A stretch of 64,000 bases of DNA from Azolla caroliniana. Lineage: Eukaryota > Plantae > Polypodiophyta. This document shows, piece after piece, positions 19,901-34,554 of the stretch. The stretch covers positions 124,001 to 188,000 of the forward strand of contig JBHGNT010000028.1 in the NCBI GenBank assembly GCA_043228905.1, given 5' to 3'. Position 1 is the first letter of the stretch, and the number at the start of each line of letters is the position of its first letter. The translations under genes and the position numbers were made by a program. A model generated the notes under the pieces. It was given only the letters and a program-made list of their open reading frames with translations, did no database searches and had not been told where the DNA came from.

Positions 19901-22900
19901 TTTTTTAATTGCATATCATAGCTAGCGTTGTTAGCTTCGATTCGCATGTTTGAACACAAAAATCCGATATCACACTCGCCAGATATGAACATTTTAATTT
20001 ACCTACTAGCTCTTCCCAACTCACTCCTCAAATTTGGGAATTTCGTCATGTCTCTCGACCTGAGTTTCAAAATCTTGATTTTTTAATTCCATATCGTAGC
20101 TAGCGTTGTTAGCTTCGATTCACATGTTTGAACACAAAAATCCGATATCACACGAGCCAGGTATGATCATTTTAATTTACTCAAGGGCTCTTCTCAACTC
20201 CCTCGTCAAGGTTGCTAATTTCTTCATGTCTCTCGACCTGAGTTTCAAAATCTTGATTTTTTAATTCCATATCATAGCTAGCGTTGTTAGCTTCGATTCC
20301 CATGTTTGAACACAAAAAACCGATATCACACTCGCCAGTTATGAACATTTTAATTTACCTACTAGCTCTTCCCAACTCCCTCCTAATGTTGCTAATTTCG
20401 TCATGTCTCTCGACCTGAGTTTCAAAATCTTGATTTTTTAATTCGAGATCATAGCTAGCGTTGTTAGCTTCGATTCGCATGTTTGAACACAAAAAACCGA
20501 TATCACACGCACCAGATATGAACATTTTAATTTACCTACTAGCTCTTCCCAACTCACTCCTCAAATTTGGGAATTTCGTCATATCTCTCGACCTGAGTTT
20601 CAAAATCTTGATTTTTTAATTGCATATCATAGCTAGCGTTGTTAGCTTCGATTCGCATGTTTGAACACAAAAATCCGATATCACACTCGCCAGATATGAA
20701 CATTTTAATTTACCTACTAGCTCTCCCCAACTCACTCCTCAAATTTGCTAATTCCGTCATGTCTCTCGACATGAGTTTCAAAATCTTGATTTTTTAATTC
20801 CATATCATAGCTAGCGTTGTTAGCTTCGATTCGCATGTTTGAACACAAAAATCCGATATCACACTCGCCAGTTATGAACATTTTAATTTACCTACTAGCT
20901 CTTCGCAACTCCCTCCTCATGTTGCTAATTTCGTCATGTCTCTCGACGTGAGTTTCAAAATCTTGATTTTTTAATGCCATATCATAGCTAACGTTGTTAG
21001 CTTCGATTCACATGATTGAACACAAAAATCCGATATCACACTCGCCAGTTATGAACATTTTAATTTACCTACTAGCTCTTCCCAACTCCCTCCTCATGTT
21101 GCTAATTTCGTGATGTCTCTCGACCTGAGTTTCAAAATCTTGATTTTTTAATTCCATATCATAGCTAGCGTTGTCAGCTTCGATTGGCATGTTTGAACAC
21201 AAAAATCCGATATCACACGAGCCAGGTATGATCATTTTAATTTACTCAAGGGCTCTTCTCAACTCCCTCGTCAAGGTTGCTAATTTCGTCATGTCTCTCG
21301 ACCTGAGTTTCAAAATCTTGATTTTTTCATTCCATATCATAGCTAACGTTGTTAGCTTCGATTCGCATGATTGAACACAAAAATCCGATATCACACTCGC
21401 CAGTTATGAACATTTTAATTTACCTACTAGCTCTTCCCAACTCCCTCCTCATGTTGCTAATTTCGTGATGTCTCTCGACCTGAGTTTCAAAATCTTGATT
21501 TTTTAATTCCATATCATAGCTAGCGTTGTCAGCTTCGATTGGCATGTTTGAACACAAAAATCCGATATCACACGAGCCAGGTATGATCATTTTAATTTAC
21601 TCAAGGGCTCTTCTCAACTCCCTCGTCAAGGTTGCTAATTTCGTCATGTCTCTCGACCTGAGTTTCAAAATCTTGATTTTTTCATTCCATATCATAGCTA
21701 GCGTTGTTAGCTTCGATTCGCATGTTTGAACACAAAAAACCGATATCACACTCACCAGATATGAACATTTTAATTTACCTACTAGCTCTTCCCAACTCAC
21801 TCCTCATGTTGCTAATTTCGTCATGTCTCTCGACCTGAGTTTCAAAATCTTGATTTTTTAATTCCATATCATAGCTAGCGTTGTAAGCTTCGATTCACAT
21901 GTTTGAATACAAAAATCCGATATCCCACTCGCCAGTTATGAACATTTTAATTTACCTACTAGCTCTTCCCAACTCACTCCTCAAATTTGCTAATTTCCTC
22001 ATGTCTCTCGACCTGAGTTTCAAAATCTTGATTTTTTAATTGCATATCATAGCTAGCGTTGTTAGCTTCGATTCGCATGTTTGAACACAAAAATCCGATA
22101 TCACACTCGCCAGATATGAACATTTTAATTTACCTACTAGCTCTTCCCAACTCACTCCTCAAATTTGGGAATTTCGTCATGTCTCTCGACCTGAGTTTCA
22201 AAATCTTGATTTTTTAATTCCATATCGTAGCTAGCGTTGTTAGCTTCGATTCACATGTTTGAACACAAAAATCCGATATCACACTCGCCAGATATGAACA
22301 TTTGAATTTACCTACTAGCTCTTCCCAACTCACTCCTCAAATTTGGGAATTTCGTCATGTCTCTCGACCTGAGTTTCAAAATCTTGATTTTTTAATTCCA
22401 TATCGTAGCTAGCGTTGTTAGCTTCAATTCACATGTTTGAACACAAAAATCCGATATCACACGAGCCAGGTATGATCATTTTAATTTACTCAAGAGCTCT
22501 TCCCAACTCCCTCCTCATGTAGCTAATTTTGTCATGTCTCTCGACCTGAGTTTCAAAATCTTGATTTTTTAATTCCATATCATAGCTAGCGTTGTTAGCT
22601 TCGATTCGCATGTTTGAACACAGAAATCCGATATCACACTCGCCAGATATGAACATTTTAATTTACCTAGCAGCTCTTCCCAACTCACTCCTCAAATTTG
22701 CTAATTTCGTCATGTCTCTCGACATGAGTTTCAAAATCTTGATTTTTTAATTCCATATCATAGCTCGCGTTGTTAGCTTCGATTCGCATGTTTGAACACA
22801 AAAATCCGATATCGCACTCGCCAGTTATGAACATTTTAATTTACCTACTAGCTCTTCCCAACTCCCTCCTCATGTTGCTAATTTCATCATGTCTCTCGAC

Positions 22901-25900
22901 GTGAGTTTCAAAATCTTGATTTTTTAATTCCATATCATAGCTAGCATTGTTAGCTTCGATTCGCATGTTTGAACACAAAAATCCGATATAACACTCGCCA
23001 GTTATGAACATTTTAATTTACCTACTAGCTCTTCCCAACTCCCTCCTCATGTTGCTAATTTCGTCATGTCTCTCGACCTGAGTTTCAAAATCTTGATTTT
23101 TTAATTCCATATCCTACCTAGCGTTGTTAGCTTCGATTCGCATGTTTGAACACAAAAATCCGATATCACACTCGCCAGATATGAACATTTTAATTTACCT
23201 ACTAGCTCTTCCCAACTCACTCCTCAAATTTGGGAATTTCGTCATGTCTCTCGACCTGAGTTTCAAAATCTTGATTTTTTAATTCCATATCATAGCTAGC
23301 GTTGTTAGCTTCGATTCGCATGTTTGAACACAAAAATCCGATATCCCACTCGCCAGATATGAACATTTTAATTTACCTAGTAGCTCTTCCCAACTCACTC
23401 CTCAAATTTGGGAATTTCGTCATGTCTCTCGACCTGAGTTTCAAAATCTTGATTTTTTAATTCCATATCATAGCTAACGTTGTTAGCTTCGATTCGCATG
23501 ATTGAACACAAAAATCCGATATCACACGAGCCAGGTATGATCATTTTAATTTACCTACTAGCTCTTCCCAACTCCCTCCTCATGTTGCTAATTTTTTCAT
23601 GTCTCTCGACCTGAGTTTCAAAATCTTGATTTTTTAATTCCATATCATAGCTAGCGTTGTTAGCTTCGATTCGCATGTTTGAACACAAAAATCCGATATC
23701 CCACTCGCCAGATATGAATATTTTAATTTACCTACTAGCTCTTCCCAACTCACTCCTCAAATTTGGGAATTTCGTCATGTCTCTCGACCTGAGTTCCAAA
23801 ATCTTGATTTTTTAATTGCATATCATAGCTAGCGTTGTTAGCTTCGATTCGCATGTTTGAACACAAAAATCCGATATCACACTCGCCAGATATGAACATT
23901 TTAATTTACCTACTAGCTCTTCCCAACTCACTCCTCAAATTTGGGAATTTCGTCATGTCTCTCGACCTGAGTTTCAAAATCTTGATTTTTTAATTCCATA
24001 TCGTAGCTAGCGTTGTTAGCTTCGATTCACATGTTTGAACACAAAAATCCGATATCACACGAGCCAGGTATGATCATTTTAATTTACTCAAGGGCTCTTC
24101 TCAACTCCCTCGTCAAGGTTGCTAATTTCTTCATGTCTCTCGACCTGAGTTTCAAAATCTTGATTTTTTAATTCCATATCATAGCTAGCGTTGTTAGCTT
24201 CGATTCCCATGTTTGAACACAAAAAACCGATATCACACTCGCCAGTTATGAACATTTTAATTTACCTACTAGCTCTTCCCAACTCCCTCCTAATGTTGCT
24301 AATTTCGTCATGTCTCTCGACCTGAGTTTCAAAATCTTGATTTTTTAATTCGAGATCATAGCTAGCGTTGTTAGCTTCGATTCGCATGTTTGAACACAAA
24401 AAACCGATATCACACGCACCAGATATGAACATTTTAATTTACCTACTAGCTCTTCCCAACTCACTCCTCAAATTTGGGAATTTCGTCATATCTCTCGACC
24501 TGAGTTTCAAAATCTTGATTTTTTAATTGCATATCATAGCTAGCGTTGTTAGCTTCGATTCGCATGTTTGAACACAAAAATCCGATATCACACTCGCCAG
24601 ATATGAACATTTTAATTTACCTACTAGCTCTCCCCAACTCACTCCTCAAATTTGCTAATTCCGTCATGTCTCTCGACATGAGTTTCAAAATCTTGATTTT
24701 TTAATTCCATATCATAGCTAGCGTTGTTAGCTTCGATTCGCATGTTTGAACACAAAAATCCGATATCACACTCGCCAGTTATGAACATTTTAATTTACCT
24801 ACTAGCTCTTCGCAACTCCCTCCTCATGTTGCTAATTTCGTCATGTCTCTCGACGTGAGTTTCAAAATCTTGATTTTTTAATGCCATATCATAGCTAACG
24901 TTGTTAGCTTCGATTCACATGATTGAACACAAAAATCCGATATCACACTCGCCAGTTATGAACATTTTAATTTACCTACTAGCTCTTCCCAACTCCCTCC
25001 TCATGTTGCTAATTTCGTGATGTCTCTCGACCTGAGTTTCAAAATCTTGATTTTTTAATTCCATATCATAGCTAGCGTTGTCAGCTTCGATTGGCATGTT
25101 TGAACACAAAAATCCGATATCACACGAGCCAGGTATGATCATTTTAATTTACTCAAGGGCTCTTCTCAACTCCCTCGTCAAGGTTGCTAATTTCGTCATG
25201 TCTCTCGACCTGAGTTTCAAAATCTTGATTTTTTCATTCCATATCATAGCTAACGTTGTTAGCTTCGATTCGCATGATTGAACACAAAAATCCGATATCA
25301 CACTCGCCAGTTATGAACATTTTAATTTACCTACTAGCTCTTCCCAACTCCCTCCTCATGTTGCTAATTTCGTGATGTCTCTCGACCTGAGTTTCAAAAT
25401 CTTGATTTTTTAATTCCATATCATAGCTAGCGTTGTCAGCTTCGATTGGCATGTTTGAACACAAAAATCCGATATCACACGAGCCAGGTATGATCATTTT
25501 AATTTACTCAAGGGCTCTTCTCAACTCCCTCGTCAAGGTTGCTAATTTCGTCATGTCTCTCGACCTGAGTTTCAAAATCTTGATTTTTTCATTCCATATC
25601 ATAGCTAGCGTTGTTAGCTTCGATTCGCATGTTTGAACACAAAAAACCGATATCACACTCACCAGATATGAACATTTTAATTTACCTACTAGCTCTTCCC
25701 AACTCACTCCTCATGTTGCTAATTTCGTCATGTCTCTCGACCTGAGTTTCAAAATCTTGATTTTTTAATTCCATATCATAGCTAGCGTTGTAAGCTTCGA
25801 TTCACATGTTTGAATACAAAAATCCGATATCCCACTCGCCAGTTATGAACATTTTAATTTACCTACTAGCTCTTCCCAACTCACTCCTCAAATTTGCTAA

Positions 25901-28685
25901 TTTCCTCATGTCTCTCGACCTGAGTTTCAAAATCTTGATTTTTTAATTGCATATCATAGCTAGCGTTGTTAGCTTCGATTCGCATGTTTGAACACAAAAA
26001 TCCGATATCACACTCGCCAGATATGAACATTTTAATTTACCTACTAGCTCTTCCCAACTCACTCCTCAAATTTGGGAATTTCGTCATGTCTCTCGACCTG
26101 AGTTTCAAAATCTTGATTTTTTAATTCCATATCGTAGCTAGCGTTGTTAGCTTCGATTCACATGTTTGAACACAAAAATCCGATATCACACTCGCCAGAT
26201 ATGAACATTTGAATTTACCTACTAGCTCTTCCCAACTCACTCCTCAAATTTGGGAATTTCGTCATGTCTCTCGACCTGAGTTTCAAAATCTTGATTTTTT
26301 AATTCCATATCGTAGCTAGCGTTGTTAGCTTCAATTCACATGTTTGAACACAAAAATCCGATATCACACGAGCCAGGTATGATCATTTTAATTTACTCAA
26401 GAGCTCTTCCCAACTCCCTCCTCATGTAGCTAATTTTGTCATGTCTCTCGACCTGAGTTTCAAAATCTTGATTTTTTAATTCCATATCATAGCTAGCGTT
26501 GTTAGCTTCGATTCGCATGTTTGAACACAGAAATCCGATATCACACTCGCCAGATATGAACATTTTAATTTACCTAGCAGCTCTTCCCAACTCACTCCTC
26601 AAATTTGCTAATTTCGTCATGTCTCTCGACATGAGTTTCAAAATCTTGATTTTTTAATTCCATATCATAGCTCGCGTTGTTAGCTTCGATTCGCATGTTT
26701 GAACACAAAAATCCGATATCGGACTCGCCAGTTATGAACATTTTAATTTACCTACTAGCTCTTTCCAACTCCCTCCTCATGTTGCTAATTTCGTCATGTC
26801 TCTCGACGTGAGTTTCAAAATGTTGATTTTTTAATTCCATATCATAGCTAGCGTTGTTAGCTTCGATTCGCATGTTTGAACACAAAAATCCGATATAACA
26901 CTCGCCAGTTATGTACATTTTAATTTACCTACTAGCTCTTCCCAACTCCCTCCTCATGTTGCTAAATTCGTCATGTCTCTCGACCTGAGTTTCAAAATCT
27001 TGATTTTTTAATTCCATATCCTAGCTAGCGTTGTTAGCTTCGATTCGCATGTTTGAACACAAAAATCCGATATCACACTCGCCAGATATGAACATTTTAA
27101 TTTACCTACTAGCTCTTCCCAACTCACTCCTCAAATTTGGGAATTTCGTCATGTCTCTCGACCTGAGTTTCAAAATCTTGATTTTTTAATTCCATATCAT
27201 AGCTAGCGTTGTTAGCTTCGATTCGCATGTTTGAACACAAAAATCCGATATCCCACTCGCCAGATATGAACATTTTAATTTACCTAGTAGCTCTTCCCAA
27301 CTCACTCCTCAAATTTGGGAATTTCGTCATGTCTCTCGACCTGAGTTTCAAAATCTTGATTTTTTAATTCCATATCATAGCTAACGTTGTTAGCTTCGAT
27401 TCGCATGATTGAACACAAAAATCCGATATCACACGAGCCAGGTATGATCATTTTAATTTACCTACTAGCTCTTCCCAACTCCCTCCTCATGTTGCTAATT
27501 TTGTCATGTCTCTCGACCTGAGTTTCAAAATCTTGATTTTTTAATTCCATATCCTAGCTAGCGTTGTTAGCTTCGATTCGCATGTTTGAACACAAAAATC
27601 CGATATCCCACTCGCCAGATATGAATATTTTAATTTACCTACTAGCTCTTCCCAACTCACTCCTCAAATTTGGGAATTTCGTCATGTCTCTCGACCTGAG
27701 TTTCAAAATCTTGATTTTTTAATTGCATATCATAGCTAGCGTTGTTAGCTTCGATTCGCATGTTTGAACACAAAAATCCGATATCACACTCGCCAGATAT
27801 GAACATTTTAATTTACCTACTAGCTCTTCCCAACTCACTCCTCAAATTTGGGAATTTCGTCATGTCTCTCGACCTGAGTTTCAAAATCTTGATTTTTTAA
27901 TTCCATATCGTAGCTAGCGTTGTTAGCTTCGATTCACATGTTTGAATACAAAAATCCGATATCACACGAGCCAGGTATGATCATTTTAATTTACTCAAGG
28001 GCTCTTCTCAACTCCCTCGTCAAGGTTGCTAATTTCTTCATGTCTCTCGACCTGAGTTTCAAAATCTTGATTTTTTAATTCCATATCATAGCTAGCGTTG
28101 TTAGCTTCGATTCCCATGTTTGAACACAAAAAACCGATATCACACTCGCCAGTTATGAACATTTTAATTTACCTACTAGCTCTTCCCAACTCCCTCCTAA
28201 TGTTGCTAATTTCGTCATGTCTCTCGACCTGAGTTTCAAAATCTTGATTTTTTAATTCGAGATCATAGCTAGTGTTGTTAGCTTCGATTCGCATGTTCGA
28301 ACACAAAAAACCGATATTACACGCACCAGATATGAACATTTTAATTTACCTACTAGCTCTTCCCAACTCACTCCTCAAATTTGGGAATTTCGTCATATCT
28401 CTCGACCTGAGTTTCAAAATCTTGATTTTTTAATTGCATATCATAGCTAGCGTTGTTAGCTTCGATTCGCATGTTTGAACACAAAAATCCGATATCACAC
28501 TCGCCAGATATGAACATTTTAATTTACCTACTAGCTCTCCCCAACTCACTCCTCAAATTTGCTAATTCCGTCATGTCTCTCGACATGAGTTTCAAAATCT
28601 TGATTTTTTAATTCCATATCATAGCTAGCGTTGTTAGCTTCGATTCGCATGTTTGAACACAAAAATCCGATATCACACTCGCCAG
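16907..28685. repeat. Higher-order repeat: 22-monomer unit (3,907 bp) x3
   Basis: The rare marker CTTCGCA occurs at 16994, 20901 and 24808; identical ORF-track entries occur at 17264/21171/25078 and 17619/21526/25433, all at 3907-bp offsets. Boundaries approximate. Confidence 0.93.
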
Positions 28686-31600
28686 ATATGAACATTTTAA
28701 TTTACCTAGCAGCTCTTCCCAACTCACTCCTCAAATTTGCTAATTTCGTCATGTCTCTCGACATGAGTTTCACAATCTTGATTTTTTAATTCCATATCAT
28801 AGCTAGCGTTGTTAGCTTCGATTCGCATGTTTGAACACAGAAATCCGATATCACACTCGCCAGGTATGATCATTTTAATTTACCTACTAGCTCTTCCCAA
28901 CTCACTCCTCAAATTTGGGAATTTCGTCATGTCTCTCGACCTGAGTTTCAAAATCTGGATTTTTTAATTCCATATCGTAACTAGCGTTGTTAGCTTCGAT
29001 TTACATGTTTGAACACAAAAATCCGATATCACACGAGCCAGGTATGATCATTTTAATTTACTCAAGGGCTCTTCTCAACTCCATCGTCAAGGTTGCTAAT
29101 TTTTTCATGTCTCTCGACCTGAGTTTCAAAATCTTGATTTTTTAATTCCATATCATAGCTAGCGTTGTTAGCTTCGATTCGCATGTTTGAACACAAAAAA
29201 CCGATATCACACGCACCAGATATGAACATTTTAATTTACCTACTAGCTCTTCCCAACTCACTCCTCAAATTTGGGAATTTCGTCATATCTCTCGACCTGA
29301 GTTTCAAAATCTTGATTTTTTAATTCGAGATCATAGCTAGCGTTGTTAGCTTCGATTCGCATGTTTGAACACAAAAATCCGATATCACACTCGCCAGATA
29401 TGAACATTTTAATTTACCTACTAGCTCTCCCCAACTCACTCCTCAAATTTGCTAATTCCGTCATGTCTCTCTACCTGAGTTTCAAAATCTTGATTTTTTA
29501 ATTCCATATCATAGCTCGCGTTGTTAGCTTCGATTCGCATGTTTGAACACAAAAATCCGATATCACACTCGCCAGATATGAACATTTTAATTTACCTACT
29601 AGCTCTCCCCAACTCACTCCTCAAATTTGCTAATTCCGTCATGTCTCTCGACATGAGTTTCAAAATCTGGATTTTTTAATTCCATATCATAGCTAGCGTT
29701 GTTAGCTTCGATTCGCATGTTTGAACACAGAAATCCGATATCACACTCGCCAGATATGAACATTTTAATTTACCTACTAGCTCTTCCCAACTCACTCCTC
29801 AAATTTGGGAATTTCGTCATGTCTCTCGACCTGAGTTTCAAAATCTGGATTTTTTAATTCCATATCGTAACTAGCGTTGTTAGCTTCGATTTACATGTTT
29901 GAACACAAAAATCCGATATCAGACGAGCCAGGTATGATCATTTTAATTTACTCAAGGGCTCTTCTCAACTCCGTCGTCAAGGTTGCTAATTTTTTCATGT
30001 CTCTCGACCTGAGTTTCAAAATCTTGATTTTTTAATTCCATATCATAGCTAGCGTTGTTAGCTTCGATTCGCATGTTTGAACACAAAAAACCGATATCAC
30101 ACGCACCAGATATGAACATTTTAATTTACCTACTAGCTCTTCCCAACTCACTCCTCAAATTTGGGAATTTCGTCATATCTCTCGACCTGAGTTTCAAAAT
30201 CTTGATTTTTTAATTGCATATCATAGCTAGCGTTGTTAGCTTCGATTCGCATGTTTGAACACAAAAATCCGATATCACACTCGCCAGATATGAACATTTT
30301 AATTTACCTACTAGCTCTCCCCAACTCACTCCTCAAATTTGCTAATTCCGTCATGTCTCTCGACATGAGTTTCAAAATCTTGATTTTTTAATTCCATATC
30401 ATAGCTAGCGTTGTTAGCTTCGATTCGCATGTTTGAACACAAAAATCCGATATCACACTCGCCAGATATGAACATTTTAATTTACCTAGCAGCTCTTCCC
30501 AACTCACTCCTCAAATTTGCTAATTTCGTCATGTCTCTCGACATGAGTTTCACAATCTTGATTTTTTAATTCCATATCATAGCTAGCGTTGTTAGCTTCG
30601 ATTCGCATGTTTGAACACAGAAATCCGATATCACACTCGCCAGGTATGATCATTTTAATTTACCTACTAGCTCTTCCCAACTCACTCCTCAAATTTGGGA
30701 ATTTCGTCATGTCTCTCGACCTGAGTTTCAAAATCTGGATTTTTTAATTCCATATCGTAACTAGCGTTGTTAGCTTCGATTTACATGTTTGAACACAAAA
30801 ATCCGATATCACACGAGCCAGGTATGATCATTTTAATTTACTCAAGGGCTCTTCTCAACTCCATCGTCAAGGTTGCTAATTTCGTCATGTCTCTCGACCT
30901 GAGTTTCAAAATCTTGATTTTTTAATTCCAAATCATAGCTAGCGTTGTTAGCTTCGATTCGCATGTTTGAACACAAAAAACCGATATCACACGCACCAGA
31001 TATGAACATTTTAATTTACCTACTAGCTCTTCCCAACTCACTCCTCAAATTTGGGAATTTCGTCATATCTCTCGACCTGAGTTTCAAAATCTTGATTTTT
31101 TAATTCGAGATCATAGCTAGCGTTGTTAGCTTCGATTCGCATGTTTGAACACAAAAATCCGATATCACACTCGCCAGATATGAACATTTTAATTTACCTA
31201 CTAGCTCTCCCCAACTCACTCCTCAAATTTGCTAATTCCGTCATGTCTCTCTACCTGAGTTTCAAAATCTTGATTTTTTAATTCCATATCATAGCTCGCG
31301 TTGTTAGCTTCGATTCGCATGTTTGAACACAAAAATCCGATATCACACTCGCCAGATATGAACATTTTAATTTACCTACTAGCTCTCCCCAACTCACTCC
31401 TCAAATTTGCTAATTCCGTCATGTCTCTCGACATGAGTTTCAAAATCTGGATTTTTTAATTCCATATCATAGCTAGCGTTGTTAGCTTCGATTCGCATGT
31501 TTGAACACAGAAATCCGATATCACACTCGCCAGATATGAACATTTTAATTTACCTACTAGCTCTTCCCAACTCACTCCTCAAATTTGGGAATTTCGTCAT

Positions 31601-31995
31601 GTCTCTCGACCTGAGTTTCAAAATCTGGATTTTTTAATTCCATATCGTAACTAGCGTTGTTAGCTTCGATTTACATGTTTGAACACAAAAATCCGATATC
31701 AGACGAGCCAGGTATGATCATTTTAATTTACTCAAGGGCTCTTCTCAACTCCGTCGTCAAGGTTGCTAATTTTTTCATGTCTCTCGACCTGAGTTTCAAA
31801 ATCTTGATTTTTTAATTCCATATCATAGCTAGCGTTGTTAGCTTCGATTCGCATGTTTGAACACAAAAAACCGATATCACACGCACCAGATATGAACATT
31901 TTAATTTACCTACTAGCTCTTCCCAACTCACTCCTCAAATTTGGGAATTTCGTCATATCTCTCGACCTGAGTTTCAAAATCTTGATTTTTTAATT
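28320..31995. repeat. Tandem duplication of a 10-monomer block (1,780 bp) built on a 5-mer (890 bp) rhythm
   Basis: Marker CACAATCTTG at 28771/30551; GAGCCAGG-type monomers at 29035, 29925, 30815 and 31705. Confidence 0.87.
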
Positions 31996-32519
31996 CGAGA
32001 TCATAGCTAGCGTTGTTAGCTTCGATTCGCATGTTTGAACACAGAAATCCGATATCACACTCGCCAGATATGAACATTTTAATTTACCTACTAGCTCTTC
32101 CCAACTCACTCCTCAAATTTGGGAATTTCGTCATGTCTCTCGACCTGAGTTTCAAAATCTGGATTTTTTAATTCCATATCGTAACTAGCGTTGTTAGCTT
32201 CGATTTACATGTTTGAACACAAAAATCCGATATCAGACGAGCCAGGTATGATCATTTTAATTTACTCAAGGGCTCTTCTCAACTCCGTCGTCAAGGTTGC
32301 TAATTTTTTCATGTCTCTCGACCTGAGTTTCAAAATCTTGATTTTTTAATTCCATATCATAGCTAGCGTTGTTAGCTTCGATTCGCATGTTTGAACACAA
32401 AAAACCGATATCACACGCACCAGATATGAACATTTTAATTTACCTACTAGCTCTCCCCAACTCACTCCTCAAATTTGCTAATTCCGTCATGTCTCTCGAC
32501 ATGAGTTTCAAAATCTGGA

Positions 32520-34400
32520 TTTTTTAATTCCATATCATAGCTAGCGTTGTTAGCTTCGATTCGCATGTTTGAACACAAAAATCCGATATCACACTCGCCA
32601 GATATGAACATTTTAATTTACCTAGCAGCTCTTCCCAACTCACTCCTCAAATTTGCTAATTTCGTCATGTCTCTCGACATGAGTTTCAAAATCTTGATTT
32701 TTTAATTCCATATGATAGCTAGCGTTGTTAGCTTCGATTCGCATGTTTGAACACAAAAATCCGATATCACACTCCCCCGGTATGAACATTTTAATTTACC
32801 TACTAGCTCTTCCCAACTCACTCCTCAAATTTGGGAATTTCGTCATGTCTCTCGACCTGAGTTTCAAAATCTTGATTTTTTAATTCCATATCGTAGCTAG
32901 CGTTGTTAGCTTCGATTTACATGTTTGAACACAAAAATCCGATATCACACGAGCCAGGTATGATCATTTTAGTTTACTCAAGGGCTCTTCTCAACTCCCT
33001 CGTCAAGGTTGCTAATTTCTTCATGTCTCTCGACCTGAGTTTCAAAATCTTGATTTTTTAATTCCATATCATAGCTAGCGTTGTTAGCTTCGATTCCCAT
33101 GTTTGAACACAAAAAACCGATATCACACTCGCCAGTTATGAACATTTTAATTTACCTACTAGCTCTTCCCAACTCCCTCCTAATGTTGCTAATTTCGTCA
33201 TGTCTCTCGACCTGAGTTTCAAAATCTTGATTTTTTAATTCGAGATCATAGCTAGCGTTGTTAGCTTCGATTCGCATGTTCGAACACAAAAAACCGATAT
33301 TACACGCACCAGATATGAACATTTTAATTTACCTACTAGCTCTTCCCAACTCACTCCTCAAATTTGGGAATTTCGTCATATCTCTCGACCTGAGTTTCAA
33401 AATCTTGATTTTTTAATTGCATATCATAGCTAGCGTTGTTAGCTTCGATTCGCATGTTTGAACACAAAAATCCGATATCACACTCGCCAGATATGAACAT
33501 TTTAATTTACCTACTAGCTCTCCCCAACTCACTCCTCAAATTTGCTAATTCCGTCATGTCTCTCGACATGAGTTTCAAAATCTTGATTTTTTAATTCCAT
33601 ATCATAGCTAGCGTTGTTACCTTCGATTCGCATGTTTGAACACAAAAATCCGATATCACACTCGCCAGATATGAACATTTTAATTTACCTAGCAGCTCTT
33701 CCCAACTCACTCCTCAAATTTGCTAATTTCGTCATGTCTCTCGACATGAGTTTCAAAATCTTGATTTTTTAATTCCATATGATAGCTAGCGTTGTTAGCT
33801 TCGATTCGCATGTTTGAACACAAAAATCCGATATCACACTCCCCCGGTATGAACATTTTAATTTACCTACTAGCTCTTCCCAACTCACTCCTCAAATTTG
33901 GGAATTTCGTCATGTCTCTCGACCTGAGTTTCAAAATCTTGATTTTTTAATTCCATATCGTAGCTAGCGTTGTTAGCTTCGATTTACATGTTTGAACACA
34001 AAAATCCGATATCACACGAGCCAGGTATGATCATTTTAGTTTACTCAAGGGCTCTTCTCAACTCCCTCGTCAAGGTTGCTAATTTCTTCATGTCTCTCGA
34101 CCTGAGTTTCAAAATCTTGATTTTTTAATTCCATATCATAGCTAGCGTTGTTAGCTTCGATTCCCATGTTTGAACACAAAAAACCGATATCACACTCGCC
34201 AGTTATGAACATTTTAATTTACCTACTAGCTCTTCCCAACTCCCTCCTAATGTTGCTAATTTCGTCATGTCTCTCGACCTGAGTTTCAAAATCTTGATTT
34301 TTTAATTCGAGATCATAGCTAGCGTTGTTAGCTTCGATTCGCATGTTTGAACACAAAAAACTGATATTACACGCACCAGATATGAACATTTTAATTTACC
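32520..34400. repeat. Tandem duplication of a 6-monomer block (1,067 bp)
   Basis: The private marker TTTTAGTTTAC occurs at about 32967 and 34034. Boundaries approximate. Confidence 0.8.
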
Positions 34401-34554
34401 TACTAGCTCTCCCCAACTCACTCCTCAAATTTGCTAATTCCGTCATGTCTCTCTACCTGAGTTTCAAAATCTTGATTTTTTAATTCCATATCATAGCTCG
34501 CGTTGTTAGCTTCGATTCGCATGTTTGAACACAAAAATCCGATATCACACTCGC

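Noticed and set aside
17264-25707. Repeated 67-aa ORFs (also 3812, 41796, 44457, 60185 and minus-strand twins)
   Set aside because: They are translations of satellite monomers where a SNP removes a TAA stop, and most begin at non-ATG codons. They are useful only as HOR markers.
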